This document shows, piece by piece, positions 9,610 to 19,714 of a DNA stretch of 64,000 bases. The notes under the pieces are model-generated. The model did not search any database. It saw nothing but the letters and a program-made list of their open reading frames with translations, and was not told the DNA's origin. The position numbers and the translations under genes are program-made. Source of the DNA: a virus (taxonomy: Duplodnaviria > Caudoviricetes). Location of the stretch: positions 1-64,000 of IMG/VR virus record IMGVR_UViG_3300014969_000017, one strand, 5' to 3'. The first letter of the stretch is position 1; each line of letters begins with the position of its first letter.

Positions 9610-10632
9610 CTACACGAGCGCAGCGGGTGCGACTCCCTGCACCCAGACCGCGTTGTTCCAGTAGCACTTGGACGCATCGCCCAGCGTCATGAACGAACCC
9701 TCGACCCACGCCGACGCCGGAACCGGCGTAATGGTCCCCATGTCCGACAGGTGCATCGGGATCGTGCCGCCCGTGGGCGACCACGTGCCTGCCGCACCGG
9801 GAACTTGGGTCGCCTTGGTCATCGGGTACGTCGCCGGAACCACACCGGGCACCCACGCCGACTCGTTCCAGTAGACCTTCGAGCCGTTGTCGAGCGTCAC
9901 GTACTGCCCGACCGTCCAGTGCGCCGTCACGATCAACCCGGTCGCATCGACCGGCTGGACGCCGCCCATTTCCGACTGAGTCATCGGCACGCTCGATCCG
10001 GTCGGATACCACGAACCCGGTGCTCCGGCCACCGCGCCCGTCGCCAGCGGAGCAGCCTTCTCGCGGAACCACTGGAACAAGCGATCCCCCGCCGTGCGCT
10101 TGGCGTCCACGAGTCCCTTGAGCGTGATCTTGTAGATGGCCTCACCCGTCCGGTTGTACGGGATGGCGACACCTTCCACGTTGTACACGCGGTAGAGACA
10201 CAGCACCTCGAACTTCTTGGGCGACGTGCGGATGCGCGAGGTCAGCGCCACGCACTGCGTCTGCACGCTGATCAGGTTGCCACCGTCGCCACCCCAGAAC
10301 AGCATGCGAGCGGCATCGTCGTCCGATCCGACGTTGTCGAACGCGGCCTTCAGCGTGGTGTAGACGTGCTCCATCGCCGTGAACTCGATCTGGATTTCTT
10401 CGCTGACCACGAAGACATCGACCGGGTTCAACGACTGCTCCGCGACCACCTCTTGCTTGTTCTGCTTGTAGGTGAACGTCGCCGCGTCCTGCGTGTAGCC
10501 GACCTCAACGCCGGACAAGGGCGTGCCGTCGTTGTGAACCAGTAGCTGCGGCGGGTTGCCCGTCGCAGGCGGCGTCACACCGAGAAAGATTCTCGCGGCA
10601 CCGATGTGTATGTTTGCTGGATTCTGGGCCAT
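9610..10632 (-). CDS. Major tail (tube) protein with two tandem C-terminal accessory domains
   Basis: N-terminus NIHIGAARIF...VGYTQDAATFTY; duplicated C-terminal unit (GxW.PTG...W..G....L...SK.YWN...WV.GV). Confidence 0.8.
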   Translation of the reverse strand: MAQNPANIHIGAARIFLGVTPPATGNPPQLLVHNDGTPLSGVEVGYTQDAATFTYKQNKQEVVAEQSLNPVDVFVVSEEIQIEFTAMEHVYTTLKAAFDNVGSDDDAARMLFWGGDGGNLISVQTQCVALTSRIRTSPKKFEVLCLYRVYNVEGVAIPYNRTGEAIYKITLKGLVDAKRTAGDRLFQWFREKAAPLATGAVAGAPGSWYPTGSSVPMTQSEMGGVQPVDATGLIVTAHWTVGQYVTLDNGSKVYWNESAWVPGVVPATYPMTKATQVPGAAGTWSPTGGTIPMHLSDMGTITPVPASAWVEGSFMTLGDASKCYWNNAVWVQGVAPAALV

Positions 10633-10665
10633 TCGTTACTCCTCAGACGAAACTGGTCGGTGCCA

Positions 10666-11136
10666 CTACTCCACCGTGGTGATGAAGACTTCCAAGAACC
10701 CGCCCTTCACAAACGGAGTCTCGACGGTTTCCGGACGCTTTTGCAGCGGCGTGTACTGCTCGCCCCCTGTGTCGAGTGGCCCGGTGCCCTCGATGGGCGT
10801 CAGATGCGAATCCCGCGCGATGGCTCGCAGGCACCACAGGTAGCGTTCCAACTGGATCGAGATGGTTTCCTCGGTGTCGCCGCCAATCGACACGCCGATC
10901 ACCACGCGATGCCGCATCACCCGCGAGTACGAATTCACTTGCGGGGACGAGTCCGTCACGATCAGTTCGAGCGACGGCAAGCCGCCGAGGTCCGCCTTGT
11001 CCGTCGTGTGGATCTCGTACGGCGGCGGCGTCACGATGCCGTCGCCAGCCGCCATGTCGGCTTCGGCCAGTCGCCCCGGCAACTCGGCCTGCAACCGGTC
11101 GCGCAACTTTCGCTTGGCCTGCGTAACGTGAAACAT
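10666..11136 (-). CDS. Tail terminator / head-tail joining protein
   Basis: 156 aa immediately upstream of the major tail gene. Confidence 0.6.
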   Translation of the reverse strand: MFHVTQAKRKLRDRLQAELPGRLAEADMAAGDGIVTPPPYEIHTTDKADLGGLPSLELIVTDSSPQVNSYSRVMRHRVVIGVSIGGDTEETISIQLERYLWCLRAIARDSHLTPIEGTGPLDTGGEQYTPLQKRPETVETPFVKGGFLEVFITTVE

Positions 11137-11139
11137 CCG

Positions 11140-11679
11140 TCATGACCCTGCCGACGGCGCGGACGCCGATCCTGTGTCGTGCGCTTTCACGAGCCACGCG
11201 TGGAGCAACGGCGCGAACACCGCTGGATCCGGCGGCGGCAGAAACGGCCGCGCAGGCATCTTGCTCGTGCCCCACTGGTGAAACTTGCCGTAGGGCACCG
11301 AGGTGCCAGCCACCGCAAACATCGGGTGGGCTTCAAAGATGCCTTCGGGTCCGACGTTCGATCCGTTCCACGCCAGCGAGTTCCGCAGCCGACCCTCGCG
11401 CGTGAGGATCGGCAACCCCGGATAGTTCGCCGTCTTCCAGATGCGATACCTCGGAGACAGCTTGGCCCACGGTCCACCAATGAACCGTCCGCCCTCGCCA
11501 CGCGGCGTGCCGCTGGTGGCGAACAAGTCCTGCACCATCCCGAAGTACTTCGGCGCGAACACGTCACGCCAGAACGGCGTCAGATCCTGCACCGACGCCA
11601 ACAGCGCGGCCATCCCCGCCTTGACGGCTTCGTCACCGATGACGGTGAAACTCAGGATGCCTTGAGGCTGGTTCGGCAT
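11140..11679 (-). CDS. Virion morphogenesis protein (Mu gpG / P2 gpS-like)
   Basis: WAKLSP...ILTREGRLRNSL...GTSVPYGKFHQWGTSKMPARPFL signature. Confidence 0.85.
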   Translation of the reverse strand: MPNQPQGILSFTVIGDEAVKAGMAALLASVQDLTPFWRDVFAPKYFGMVQDLFATSGTPRGEGGRFIGGPWAKLSPRYRIWKTANYPGLPILTREGRLRNSLAWNGSNVGPEGIFEAHPMFAVAGTSVPYGKFHQWGTSKMPARPFLPPPDPAVFAPLLHAWLVKAHDTGSASAPSAGS

Positions 11680-11680
11680 C

Positions 11681-12142
11681 TCAGAACTTCATGTTCATGG
11701 TGACGCGCGGCTCGATGCGATGCCCACAGTCATCGAAGATGAGGCCCATCGGGGCACCACCGGGCTTCGGCACCATGTCGTCCGTGCGTTCCGCGTCCGT
11801 GAATTCAATCGGACTGTTCGGGTCCGCCAATAACTTCAACGCGTTCTCGTACTGCTTGCAGGCGCGGTCGGCGCTCTGCATTGTGACCTCGGTGCCGACC
11901 GCTGCCGCACGCGCGTAGAGAATCTTGCAGATCGCCCCCTGACTGACGATCTCTTTCGATTGCGCCAGTGACCGTGCGCCGGTAATGGGAATCTTGTAGC
12001 CAAGGTTCTCCATCGCCGCGTCGAACTGCGCGTGTGTGTCATCGAGAAACACTTGCGCCGAATCGGCGGCAGGCTTGGAGGTCGCCGTCAGTTGGAACTG
12101 CGGCATCCTCCGCTGCACGTCATCGAGGGTGGCGTAGGGCAT
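11681..12142 (-). CDS. Head-tail adaptor (Mu gp36-like)
   Basis: MPYATLDDVQRR...GYKIPI...YENALKLL; directly after the capsid gene. Confidence 0.75.
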   Translation of the reverse strand: MPYATLDDVQRRMPQFQLTATSKPAADSAQVFLDDTHAQFDAAMENLGYKIPITGARSLAQSKEIVSQGAICKILYARAAAVGTEVTMQSADRACKQYENALKLLADPNSPIEFTDAERTDDMVPKPGGAPMGLIFDDCGHRIEPRVTMNMKF

Positions 12143-12185
12143 GAGGCGTTGACTGGGCGCGAGCCGAAACCCGCGCCCGAATCAC

Positions 12186-13112
12186 CTACGCAACCGCGCC
12201 CTTGATCAAGTACGCCAGCGCGGCGCTGACGATCTTCTCGTCCTGCTTCTCGCTGACCCGGATCACGTCGGTATCCCGCTTGTCCTCCCGATACCGGAAG
12301 ACGCGCAGATCGCTCGTCCGCATCTGGTAGCCGAACGACGCACGCTTGAGCGAGGGGCGGCTCTCCTTGTAGAACAGGAGCACGTCCTTGCCCCACACGT
12401 CCGCGAAGGCATCGACCGCGCCTTCCTTGGACACGCGGCGAATCACCTTGCCGACGAGGACTTCGTCCACCTCGAACACCGCCGCCAGAATCTGGCGCGT
12501 GATGATCGCCCGTTCGGTGTACTTGACGATCTCCTTGATGTCGGGATGGATCTTCAGCGCCTCGAACACGAGGTAGCCCATGAGCATCGTGTTCGGGCCG
12601 TACCCCGGTGCGCCGGTGTAGATCGTGGTCCGCGCATTCTTCGCATCATCGAGCGGGTCGCTGTTCGCGGCATCGCTCCACTGATCGCCACCGGTCAGCG
12701 TGATGTTGTTCGTGATGATCGCCGGGTTCAGCACAAGGTCCGCCACCCGCTTCTCGCGGTTGTTCAGGACCATGTCCGTCACGATCTCGGTCGTATCCAC
12801 GTCGAGGTCGAGCGGCGAAGCGGCGTTCTTGCGCTCCTCGTCGTCAATCTCGCCTTCAAGGCCGTACTGTTCGGCCAAGTAGGTGTCCGTGGTGACGTTC
12901 CAGTCGATCCGGTTGTACTGGCTGCGTGGCGCACGCTTGGAGTCCGGCGCGTCCATGCGGCTCTTGTCGTAGACCCAGTACGCCGCTGACTCCTTGGCGA
13001 CCGGGACCGGCGGCAGCACTTCGTCGGCCAGATAGCCTTCGGGCGCTGCGGCAAACTGCAACGAGATGTTCGTCAGCAGTTGGTCGAATTTAACGGATGT
13101 GATCAGCGGCAT
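12186..13112 (-). CDS. Major capsid protein
   Basis: DQLLTNISLQF...LADEVLPPVPV...REKRVADLV...PNTMLMG...AYLIKGAVA; lambda gpE-like family. Confidence 0.92.
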   Translation of the reverse strand: MPLITSVKFDQLLTNISLQFAAAPEGYLADEVLPPVPVAKESAAYWVYDKSRMDAPDSKRAPRSQYNRIDWNVTTDTYLAEQYGLEGEIDDEERKNAASPLDLDVDTTEIVTDMVLNNREKRVADLVLNPAIITNNITLTGGDQWSDAANSDPLDDAKNARTTIYTGAPGYGPNTMLMGYLVFEALKIHPDIKEIVKYTERAIITRQILAAVFEVDEVLVGKVIRRVSKEGAVDAFADVWGKDVLLFYKESRPSLKRASFGYQMRTSDLRVFRYREDKRDTDVIRVSEKQDEKIVSAALAYLIKGAVA

Positions 13113-13224
13113 TGATGTCGCCCTTGCTCAAACGGTTCATGACAGTGACCCCCGCGACACGGTGCCTCCGGCACTCAGCGTGCGGTCGCGCGTCCGCTGT
13201 CCCAACGATGTCGAACACCTCGCG

Positions 13225-13620
13225 TTAGACCGCGAGGTCGTACTGCATGATCAGCGAGTCGATGATGATGGCCGCGCCACCATTGGCTTCCATCGCAATC
13301 GCGCCGACCTTGTCTTTGTCCGCCGCCGCCAGCGAGCCTTCACCAGCCGGACCCGCCTTGAGCGGCGAGCCGACGAGGATGGCGCTGGTGTCGGTCTGGA
13401 GCTTCGACCGGCCGCTCACGCGGACGACCGCCCCCAGTCCCGCCGCCGACGGCTTGTTCTGGAGGATGCCGATGGAGCGGCCATTCGCGCCGGACACGTT
13501 GACACGCGCCTGCTGACCACCCGCGACTGCTGCCGCTCCAATCACGAACTTGTACTGATGGGTGGACAGGTCCGCCGCTGATTCCAGCGTCATGTCCATG
13601 CCGGGCATATGAATGCGCAT
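13225..13620 (-). CDS. Capsid decoration/cement protein (DUF2190-like)
   Basis: AADLSTHQYKFV...IGILQNKP...AVVRVSG...VGAIAMEA; GGAG RBS; lies between scaffold and capsid genes. Confidence 0.75.
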   Translation of the reverse strand: MRIHMPGMDMTLESAADLSTHQYKFVIGAAAVAGGQQARVNVSGANGRSIGILQNKPSAAGLGAVVRVSGRSKLQTDTSAILVGSPLKAGPAGEGSLAAADKDKVGAIAMEANGGAAIIIDSLIMQYDLAV

Positions 13621-13678
13621 GCTCGTCTCCGCTCCTCTGGTAACGCTGTTCCTGCCAAAGTCAAAAAGGTCGGGCCAC

Positions 13679-13846
13679 AAAAAACGGGCCTCCACTACCG
13701 CCACGACACCACTGGTCGCGTGCAGGCAGGGAGGCCCAATCCCGTGCAGCCCTTGTCACTCGCGATCCGGAGATCCCTCTCCGGCACCTCACGGGCAGTG
13801 AGGTGGTTCGGGACCGTGGATGCGGCCCCTACACGAGTGGATCGTG
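13679..13846 (-). ncRNA. Structured intergenic RNA / attenuator upstream of the capsid genes
   Basis: Four consecutive hairpins, then a GGGCCTCC/GGAGGCCC stem followed by a U6 tract on the minus strand. Confidence 0.45.
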
Positions 13847-13847
13847 A

Positions 13848-15716
13848 TTACGCGTCCGCCGAGGCGAACCGCTCGCGGTACGCTTCGGCGTCACCCGCCA
13901 ACTGCGTTCCCGCCTTGATCGTCGCGTCCCGCAGCGAGATGCCTTCGTCCTTCGCGATCTTCCGCGACAGTTCGATCAGCTTCTCCTCGGCCTGCTCGCC
14001 GTTGGTCTTCGCATCGCCTTCGGCCTTGCCGCCGGAGCCGTGCTCCTTGTTCAGCGAGATAACGGGCGTGGTCTTGGTCGCGGCCCACTCGCGGAACCCG
14101 GAGAGGTCCACGGTGTCCTTCCACATCTTCTCGGCCCAGTCGCGCTCGGGCTTCGTGATGAACGCGCCCTGCGACAGCCGGTTCAGTTCGACCGTCATCG
14201 CCGCCGTGGACTTTTCCTTCTCGGTCTGATCGAGCCGTGAAGACAGCGACACCACCTGCGACTGCAAGTTGGTCAGGTCCGCCTTCGGGATGACCGTCTC
14301 GCCGTCCTTGACGATCTTGACGCCAGCGGCTTCCAACTGTTCGAGGCTGACTTCCACCTCGCCACCGGCGTCGTTCTTCAGCATGAACTTCATGTGCATT
14401 CCCTTCTGCTGTGGGTTGGCCGCAGCCGCAGCCAACGCAGCCGCGATGGCTTGCTTCAACTCGTCTGGAAGCGGCAGGTTGTTGACGACAGCGGCGACTT
14501 TTGACTCGTCGCCGTCGGTCCCGGATTTGGTGACGACCGTGGCTTCGCCGTCGGCACCCTTATCGACCTTCGCGCTCACGTCGGGCTTCTTGTCGCCCTC
14601 GCCCTTCGCGAAGGGATTGCCGCCCTTGCCGTCCGCGCCGTCCTTCTCCTGCGAGCCAGCGGCTTTCTGTTCCAGCTTGGCCCCGACCGGATTCGGTACC
14701 TGCGGGGTCACGGGAGCCGCTGGATCCGTCACCGGCGTATTCGGGTTGGTCGGATTCACCACCGCCGCTGTGTTGGGCGCAACACCCTGCTGGCCCGGCA
14801 GCGCCGCGATAGGAGCCTGTGGCGGCACCACGCCCGGCGCACCGGGGATCCCCGGCACCCCCGGTCCCGGCAGGCCCGGCACCGGCACGGTCGGCGCTGC
14901 GCCCGGCGTCAGGCCCGGATGCTGAGGGTTGGCGGGTGTCGCACTGGCAGGCAGCAGTTCCGTCGCGCGGAACCACTTGTGGATCATGCCGTTCGCATCC
15001 TTCACGGACACGAAGGCGTCGTCCCCTTCCCCGACCACTTCGGCAATCTCGAATGTCGCGCCGATCTCGTCCTGCGTCCGGGCGTTGCCCGGCGCGATCA
15101 TGACGCGCATCCCGGCCTTGGTGCCTTCCGTCGTGGACAGGTTCACCAGTTCGTGCGCGGACACATCGAGCGTCCCCGTCTTGGTGAAGTCCATGAACGG
15201 CACTTCCTTGCACGAGTAGAGCGACAGCGCCGTCATCCCTTCAAGGAACGGATGATTCGTGATCGCCGCCGCCAGCAACGTCGTGCCGATCTTCGACCCG
15301 TCCTTGTGCGTGTGGTTCTTCACGAACGACGGGCTGATGAACCGGTACTCCTTGTTCTCGACCGCGTCCATGCCCTTCGGCGTCCACTCGACCTCGGCCC
15401 AGAGCGTGTCGCCGTCGTCACGCAGTTCAAGGTTCTTCATCCACGCCGCTGCCGCCCCGTCGCCCGGCTTCTTGGGGTCCATCGAGAGGTGGTCCCAATC
15501 AATCGGCAGTTCGGTCGGGTTCTTCGGCGTGATGGTCTTGAAGTTGTGCAGCATCGAGGACAGGTCGTCCTTGGTGATGCTGAACTTGCCGTAGCGACTG
15601 GACGTGAAGGAACCCGTACGCGCGAGTTGGATCCAACTGCGCTTGCCCGTGCCGCTCAGCGTGATCGCGCTCAGCAGGGAGGGAGTCGAGAGGATGACGC
15701 GCGTCAGATCAGCCAT
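13848..15716 (-). CDS. Mu-like prohead protease fused to Pro-rich linker and scaffold
   Basis: WIQLARTG...LPIDWDH...AAAWM...LWAEVEWT...EYRFISPSF...LLAAAITNHPFL (Mu gpI family); C-terminal helical scaffold. Confidence 0.9.
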   Translation of the reverse strand: MADLTRVILSTPSLLSAITLSGTGKRSWIQLARTGSFTSSRYGKFSITKDDLSSMLHNFKTITPKNPTELPIDWDHLSMDPKKPGDGAAAAWMKNLELRDDGDTLWAEVEWTPKGMDAVENKEYRFISPSFVKNHTHKDGSKIGTTLLAAAITNHPFLEGMTALSLYSCKEVPFMDFTKTGTLDVSAHELVNLSTTEGTKAGMRVMIAPGNARTQDEIGATFEIAEVVGEGDDAFVSVKDANGMIHKWFRATELLPASATPANPQHPGLTPGAAPTVPVPGLPGPGVPGIPGAPGVVPPQAPIAALPGQQGVAPNTAAVVNPTNPNTPVTDPAAPVTPQVPNPVGAKLEQKAAGSQEKDGADGKGGNPFAKGEGDKKPDVSAKVDKGADGEATVVTKSGTDGDESKVAAVVNNLPLPDELKQAIAAALAAAAANPQQKGMHMKFMLKNDAGGEVEVSLEQLEAAGVKIVKDGETVIPKADLTNLQSQVVSLSSRLDQTEKEKSTAAMTVELNRLSQGAFITKPERDWAEKMWKDTVDLSGFREWAATKTTPVISLNKEHGSGGKAEGDAKTNGEQAEEKLIELSRKIAKDEGISLRDATIKAGTQLAGDAEAYRERFASADA

Positions 15717-16006
15717 TGGAACACCGCAAGGTTGTCCGACAAAGTCAAGATGAAAACATGGGACTAGCGGTGGGGTGATGCCGCCGCCAAACCCCCATAC
15801 TTTGCGATTGCTTCGGGCTGAGGCGCAACACGTTCCTGTAAGTTGTTGAATCTATTGGACCCGCTCCGCGAACTCGGGGCGTACGCGGACGTGAACGATA
15901 TTATCCGGAGGCATTTCCGGCACCTGAAGTGCCAGTGCCAGATGCCCGTCCGCTGCTCCAGCCGAACCGCCGGGCTGTCCCATTGACAGATGCGTCCGCA
16001 GTCCAC

Positions 16007-16354
16007 TCAATGCACCCCGGTGGTCCGCCGACGCCGCAGCGAATCCGGCGTGAACACGTAGCCGACCGACACCTGTGCCTGCGGGATCGTCCCGAAGTTC
16101 GACCGCACGTACTGGATCGAGCGAATCGCCAGCGTCCGGCTGCACCGGGCGCACTCCGACGTAGACACGAGCGTGAGGTGATGCAGATGCGTCGAGCCGC
16201 ACGGGCAGTACGCGTCCACGGTCACGTCGAGCCGATCCACGAGCTTCTCGGTCGCCGGGGGTCGCTCCTCGGCCGCGTCCGCCCCCAGCACCTTCGCCAG
16301 AATCAGGAGCAGAGTTTTCACGGTACCGTGATGGGTCGTCGCCGTCGGCATCAA
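16007..16354 (-). CDS. Zinc-ribbon hypothetical protein
   Basis: CPCG...CARC motifs; overlaps the MuF stop. Confidence 0.55.
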   Translation of the reverse strand: MMPTATTHHGTVKTLLLILAKVLGADAAEERPPATEKLVDRLDVTVDAYCPCGSTHLHHLTLVSTSECARCSRTLAIRSIQYVRSNFGTIPQAQVSVGYVFTPDSLRRRRTTGVH

Positions 16355-17838
16355 TCCTCGCTATCACTCTCGTCGCCGGTATCGGCCGTGTCGGCCTCGG
16401 GCGCGGCCTTCGTGCTCGGCTTACTCGGCTTGTCGCTCTCGTGGTCGCCCAGCGTGTCCTCGTCAATTTCGTCCACGTCGATTTCGCTGCCGTCGGAGAG
16501 GAGCGCGATCTGGACGCACCGGCAGGCATCCCCGCCGAGGCACTTCACGTAGGGTGGGCGCAGTTCTTCCTGCCGGTCGCTGCCCAGTTCCATCGACTCG
16601 CCATCGACCTCGGCGCACTCGTCGCACGTGCCCGTGTCCATGACCGCCGTCTGGATGACCGCGTCCACGATGGCCTCGCCCCCGGCCACCGCCTCGGCCT
16701 TGCTGATGAACTTGCCGTTTTCGTCCCGGTAGGCCAGTTCAAACTCCAGCGGGATGCGCGAGCGCCGGAGCGCCTGCATCGCCGTCGAGCGCCCCAGCGC
16801 GAACGCTTCGTTGGTCGCCCGGCTGGCGAACCGCTTCAGTAGCGACGGCGAGCGCCGATCCGTGAACGACTGGGTGAGCGCCTCGCGCCGGTCGGCCCCG
16901 ATCCGTCGTCGCCGGAGCCGCGCCTCGTAGTCCTCGCGCAGACTGGTGAGCGCCCGTGCCCGGTCGGCCAGCACCGCCGCGCAGATGCCGTCCACATCGA
17001 CCGGGATCTCGCGCGTGCCCAGCCGCGCCGGTGCGCCCTGCCGCACCAGTTCCATCAGCACTTCACTCGCGCCGTAGGCGGCGAGGTCGTGCAGCGTGTC
17101 GCGCCAGCGGTCCTCGTCACAGCTAAGGAGCGTGTCGCGGCAGGCGTCGAGCCGCCGGGGAATCTCCGTCAGCGACAGCACCTTGGCCTCGAACTTCATC
17201 GGCCGACGGCTCAGGCTCACGCCTTTGTAGAGCGTGCGCTTCCGTTTGCGCTTCGGGGGCTTCGACGGGATTGCGCCGACCATCGACGGGAACGACACGT
17301 CACTGATGTCAGGCAGGTTGATAATCGCCAAGTCCGTGCGCCCGGCGATCAGGCCGTGCTTCTTCGCGTTGGCTCGGGACTCCTTCGTCATCGACACGGG
17401 CACCCGCGTGACGCCCTTGTCGCGCAGGTTGGCCATGCGGTGACGACCGTTCGTGAACCCGACGCGGCCATCGGCATCGACATTGACTTCGGCCGCGTCC
17501 ATCTGCGGCGAGGTCTTCAGGAAGTCCGCGATGCGCTCCAGTCGCCCGTGAATCGCGCCGGTCCCGGACGGGTCGATGTGGAAGCCGGTGTCCTGCTTCC
17601 ATGCGGCGTCGAACTTCGCCATGTCCACGGGCACGAGCACGTCGCCTGCACGCTTCGCGCGAGCACTGTGCGTGACCTTGATCGACCGGCCCTCGACTTC
17701 GACGTGCTCGCCGCCGCTGTACTGGTTCCCTCGAAACGGATGGCCCTCGGTATCGCCCAGTGCGAACGGCTTCGCCTTGGAGACGATGACAAAGTCGCCC
17801 TCTTGCAACGCAAACCGGTCGGCGTGTACGTCCCTCAC
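16351..17838 (-). CDS. MuF-like head morphogenesis protein with N-terminal tag and ParB-like domain
   Basis: ALGDTEGHPFRGNQYS tag; NGRHRMANLRDKGVTRVPV (ParB-like); C-terminal TAVMDTGTCDECAEVDG...PPYVKCLGGDACRC (MuF Cys motifs). Confidence 0.8.
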   Translation of the reverse strand: MRDVHADRFALQEGDFVIVSKAKPFALGDTEGHPFRGNQYSGGEHVEVEGRSIKVTHSARAKRAGDVLVPVDMAKFDAAWKQDTGFHIDPSGTGAIHGRLERIADFLKTSPQMDAAEVNVDADGRVGFTNGRHRMANLRDKGVTRVPVSMTKESRANAKKHGLIAGRTDLAIINLPDISDVSFPSMVGAIPSKPPKRKRKRTLYKGVSLSRRPMKFEAKVLSLTEIPRRLDACRDTLLSCDEDRWRDTLHDLAAYGASEVLMELVRQGAPARLGTREIPVDVDGICAAVLADRARALTSLREDYEARLRRRRIGADRREALTQSFTDRRSPSLLKRFASRATNEAFALGRSTAMQALRRSRIPLEFELAYRDENGKFISKAEAVAGGEAIVDAVIQTAVMDTGTCDECAEVDGESMELGSDRQEELRPPYVKCLGGDACRCVQIALLSDGSEIDVDEIDEDTLGDHESDKPSKPSTKAAPEADTADTGDESDSED

Positions 17839-18446
17839 GGCTGCACCTGTACGGTCATCCCGTTCGGACCTTTGCTGACGACCTTGTACTTGAGGCCACG
17901 CGGCAGAATGACTTCCTGCTGCCGGGCATACCGGTGGTCGGTGCCGATCTCCTCGTTGACGTTGATGTGACCCAGTCCCTTGGGCGCGAGCACGGTCAGT
18001 GTCGATTGCTTGGCCTTGTCCGCCACGCCGATGTCGTCCTGAATCTTCGCCAGCGCCGCCGGGTCGGCCGTCGTGGAGACGAACCCATCGTCCTGATACA
18101 CGTCGCCCACGTCCAGCGAGGCCACCACGCTGGTGGGCACCGTGCGACTCAGCGTCGTGTCTTTCGGCAGGCGATTCCGCGTCATGTGGGTGTCCATCTC
18201 CAGCACGTCATTGCGATTCGCCCAGCGCGGTCCCTTCCCTGCCCGAAGATGCTCGTTGATGTAGCGAGCGCCGCCCAGCGTGTACTCGCTGACGGCTTTC
18301 TTGACGGCGTACGTTCCCCACCGCCAGCGTTGGCCCTCGGTATCGCTGTCGCCGCCCTCGCCCTCGGTCCACTGGTTGCCGCGAAAGGGATGCCCTTCGA
18401 CATCGCCAAGGCTGAGGAGCGCGAGCTTCTCGCGGTAGGCGGTCAC
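17835..18446 (-). CDS. Tagged VIP2-like ADP-ribosyltransferase
   Basis: YREKL helix + LGDVEGHPFRGNQW tag; YT...YINEHLR, LSR, GFVSTT, QQEVILPRG (R-S-E triad). Confidence 0.85.
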   Translation of the reverse strand: MTAYREKLALLSLGDVEGHPFRGNQWTEGEGGDSDTEGQRWRWGTYAVKKAVSEYTLGGARYINEHLRAGKGPRWANRNDVLEMDTHMTRNRLPKDTTLSRTVPTSVVASLDVGDVYQDDGFVSTTADPAALAKIQDDIGVADKAKQSTLTVLAPKGLGHINVNEEIGTDHRYARQQEVILPRGLKYKVVSKGPNGMTVQVQP

Positions 18447-19714
18447 ATGACCCCCAGTAGCCGCTGGCGATACGCCGACAGCGACTTCGGCTGCTCACCG
18501 GGCATCAGCACATACTCGTCGGGCAGGAGCGCCACCTTCTGCGTGGCGTAGGGGCGCTCGCCGGGCGGCAGGTTCTTGTGCGTACCATCGGCCTCGTAGT
18601 TCTGGCGACCAAAGTTGACCCACGAATTCTGGCCGCGTGTCTCCGTCGTTAGTGCTCGCCGCGCCGGGAACGTCAGCATCTGCGAGTGCGACCGCCACGC
18701 GTTCTCCTCGCCACGCGGCCCGAAGCCATACCCGCCTGCGGCGTGGCCGAAGTAGTCGTGGACGGCGCGGAACTTCTCGTTCAGGGACAAGCCGGTCTTG
18801 TCTTTCGACTTCGCCCCGATCAACGGGTGCGGCTCGCCACCCGTGTAGAAGTACATGTGCTTGTTGTTCTTCACGTCCGCAACCATCTCGGTCGAGGTCT
18901 GGTAGGGCTGACCGTCTTGCGTCCACGGCTCCAGCGTCATGCCGCTGGCAACGATGTGATCCCACTGCTGCTGAATCTCGGTGCTCAGCGCGGCGTAGGC
19001 TTCCTTGACCTTGGGGTTGTCTTGGTCGTCGGCTGGCAGCGCGTCGTACGCGTCCGCGATGTCACGGGCGCGTGGCTGGCTGACCTCGATGTAGGTGCTG
19101 TGATCGACCGGCGGGAGGCCGTGCGCCTCGTTGTAGCTATCCGCTACGCGGCTGGCGGCGGGGTCGGCTCCGGGTCTGGCGTGCGTCGTGGCGGCGGGGG
19201 CGGATACCGATCCTCCTCCTCCTCCGTCAGTTCCCGATCCTTGCGGTTGTCCGTCGGCGTGTCCGCCATCGCCTGCTCCTTCGCTGAATTTGCCGTCATC
19301 GGCACGGGGGTGCTGGCCCTCGTCCCACTCAAGGTGACGTGCATCTATACTATCATAGTTCGCGACCGCCAGTGTCAGGGCCAGCTTGTCCCGGTAACTC
19401 AGGTCCACCGGTGGCTGGTCCGACCCCTCGATGCGGTGCTTCAGCCAGCCGCAGAACGCCTTCGGGTCGTCCTTGTCCGGATTCTTCTCGACGCAGTCCG
19501 CGAAGTCTTCATAGTCCGCGAACGGCATGGTAATCACCTCGCCCACGGGAAGCGCCAGCGACCGCTCCTGCGTGACCGCGAGCATGATGACCTCGCCGTT
19601 GTCGAACTTTGCAATCGCTGTCGTGGCCTGATCGGGGTCCACCAGTTGATCGTTCAACAAGTAGGCGATGGTGGCCCAGCGGCCGTCGATCTTGTCGCGT
19701 TGCAGGCTCGGCAT
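18443..19714 (-). CDS. Tagged polyvalent protein with HDxxGH putative metal-binding domain
   Basis: Start MPSLQRDKIDGR overlaps the upstream stop; LEWDEGQHPR tag; FRAVHDYFGH...GEENAW...ETRGQNSWVN. Confidence 0.7.
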   Translation of the reverse strand: MPSLQRDKIDGRWATIAYLLNDQLVDPDQATTAIAKFDNGEVIMLAVTQERSLALPVGEVITMPFADYEDFADCVEKNPDKDDPKAFCGWLKHRIEGSDQPPVDLSYRDKLALTLAVANYDSIDARHLEWDEGQHPRADDGKFSEGAGDGGHADGQPQGSGTDGGGGGSVSAPAATTHARPGADPAASRVADSYNEAHGLPPVDHSTYIEVSQPRARDIADAYDALPADDQDNPKVKEAYAALSTEIQQQWDHIVASGMTLEPWTQDGQPYQTSTEMVADVKNNKHMYFYTGGEPHPLIGAKSKDKTGLSLNEKFRAVHDYFGHAAGGYGFGPRGEENAWRSHSQMLTFPARRALTTETRGQNSWVNFGRQNYEADGTHKNLPPGERPYATQKVALLPDEYVLMPGEQPKSLSAYRQRLLGVM

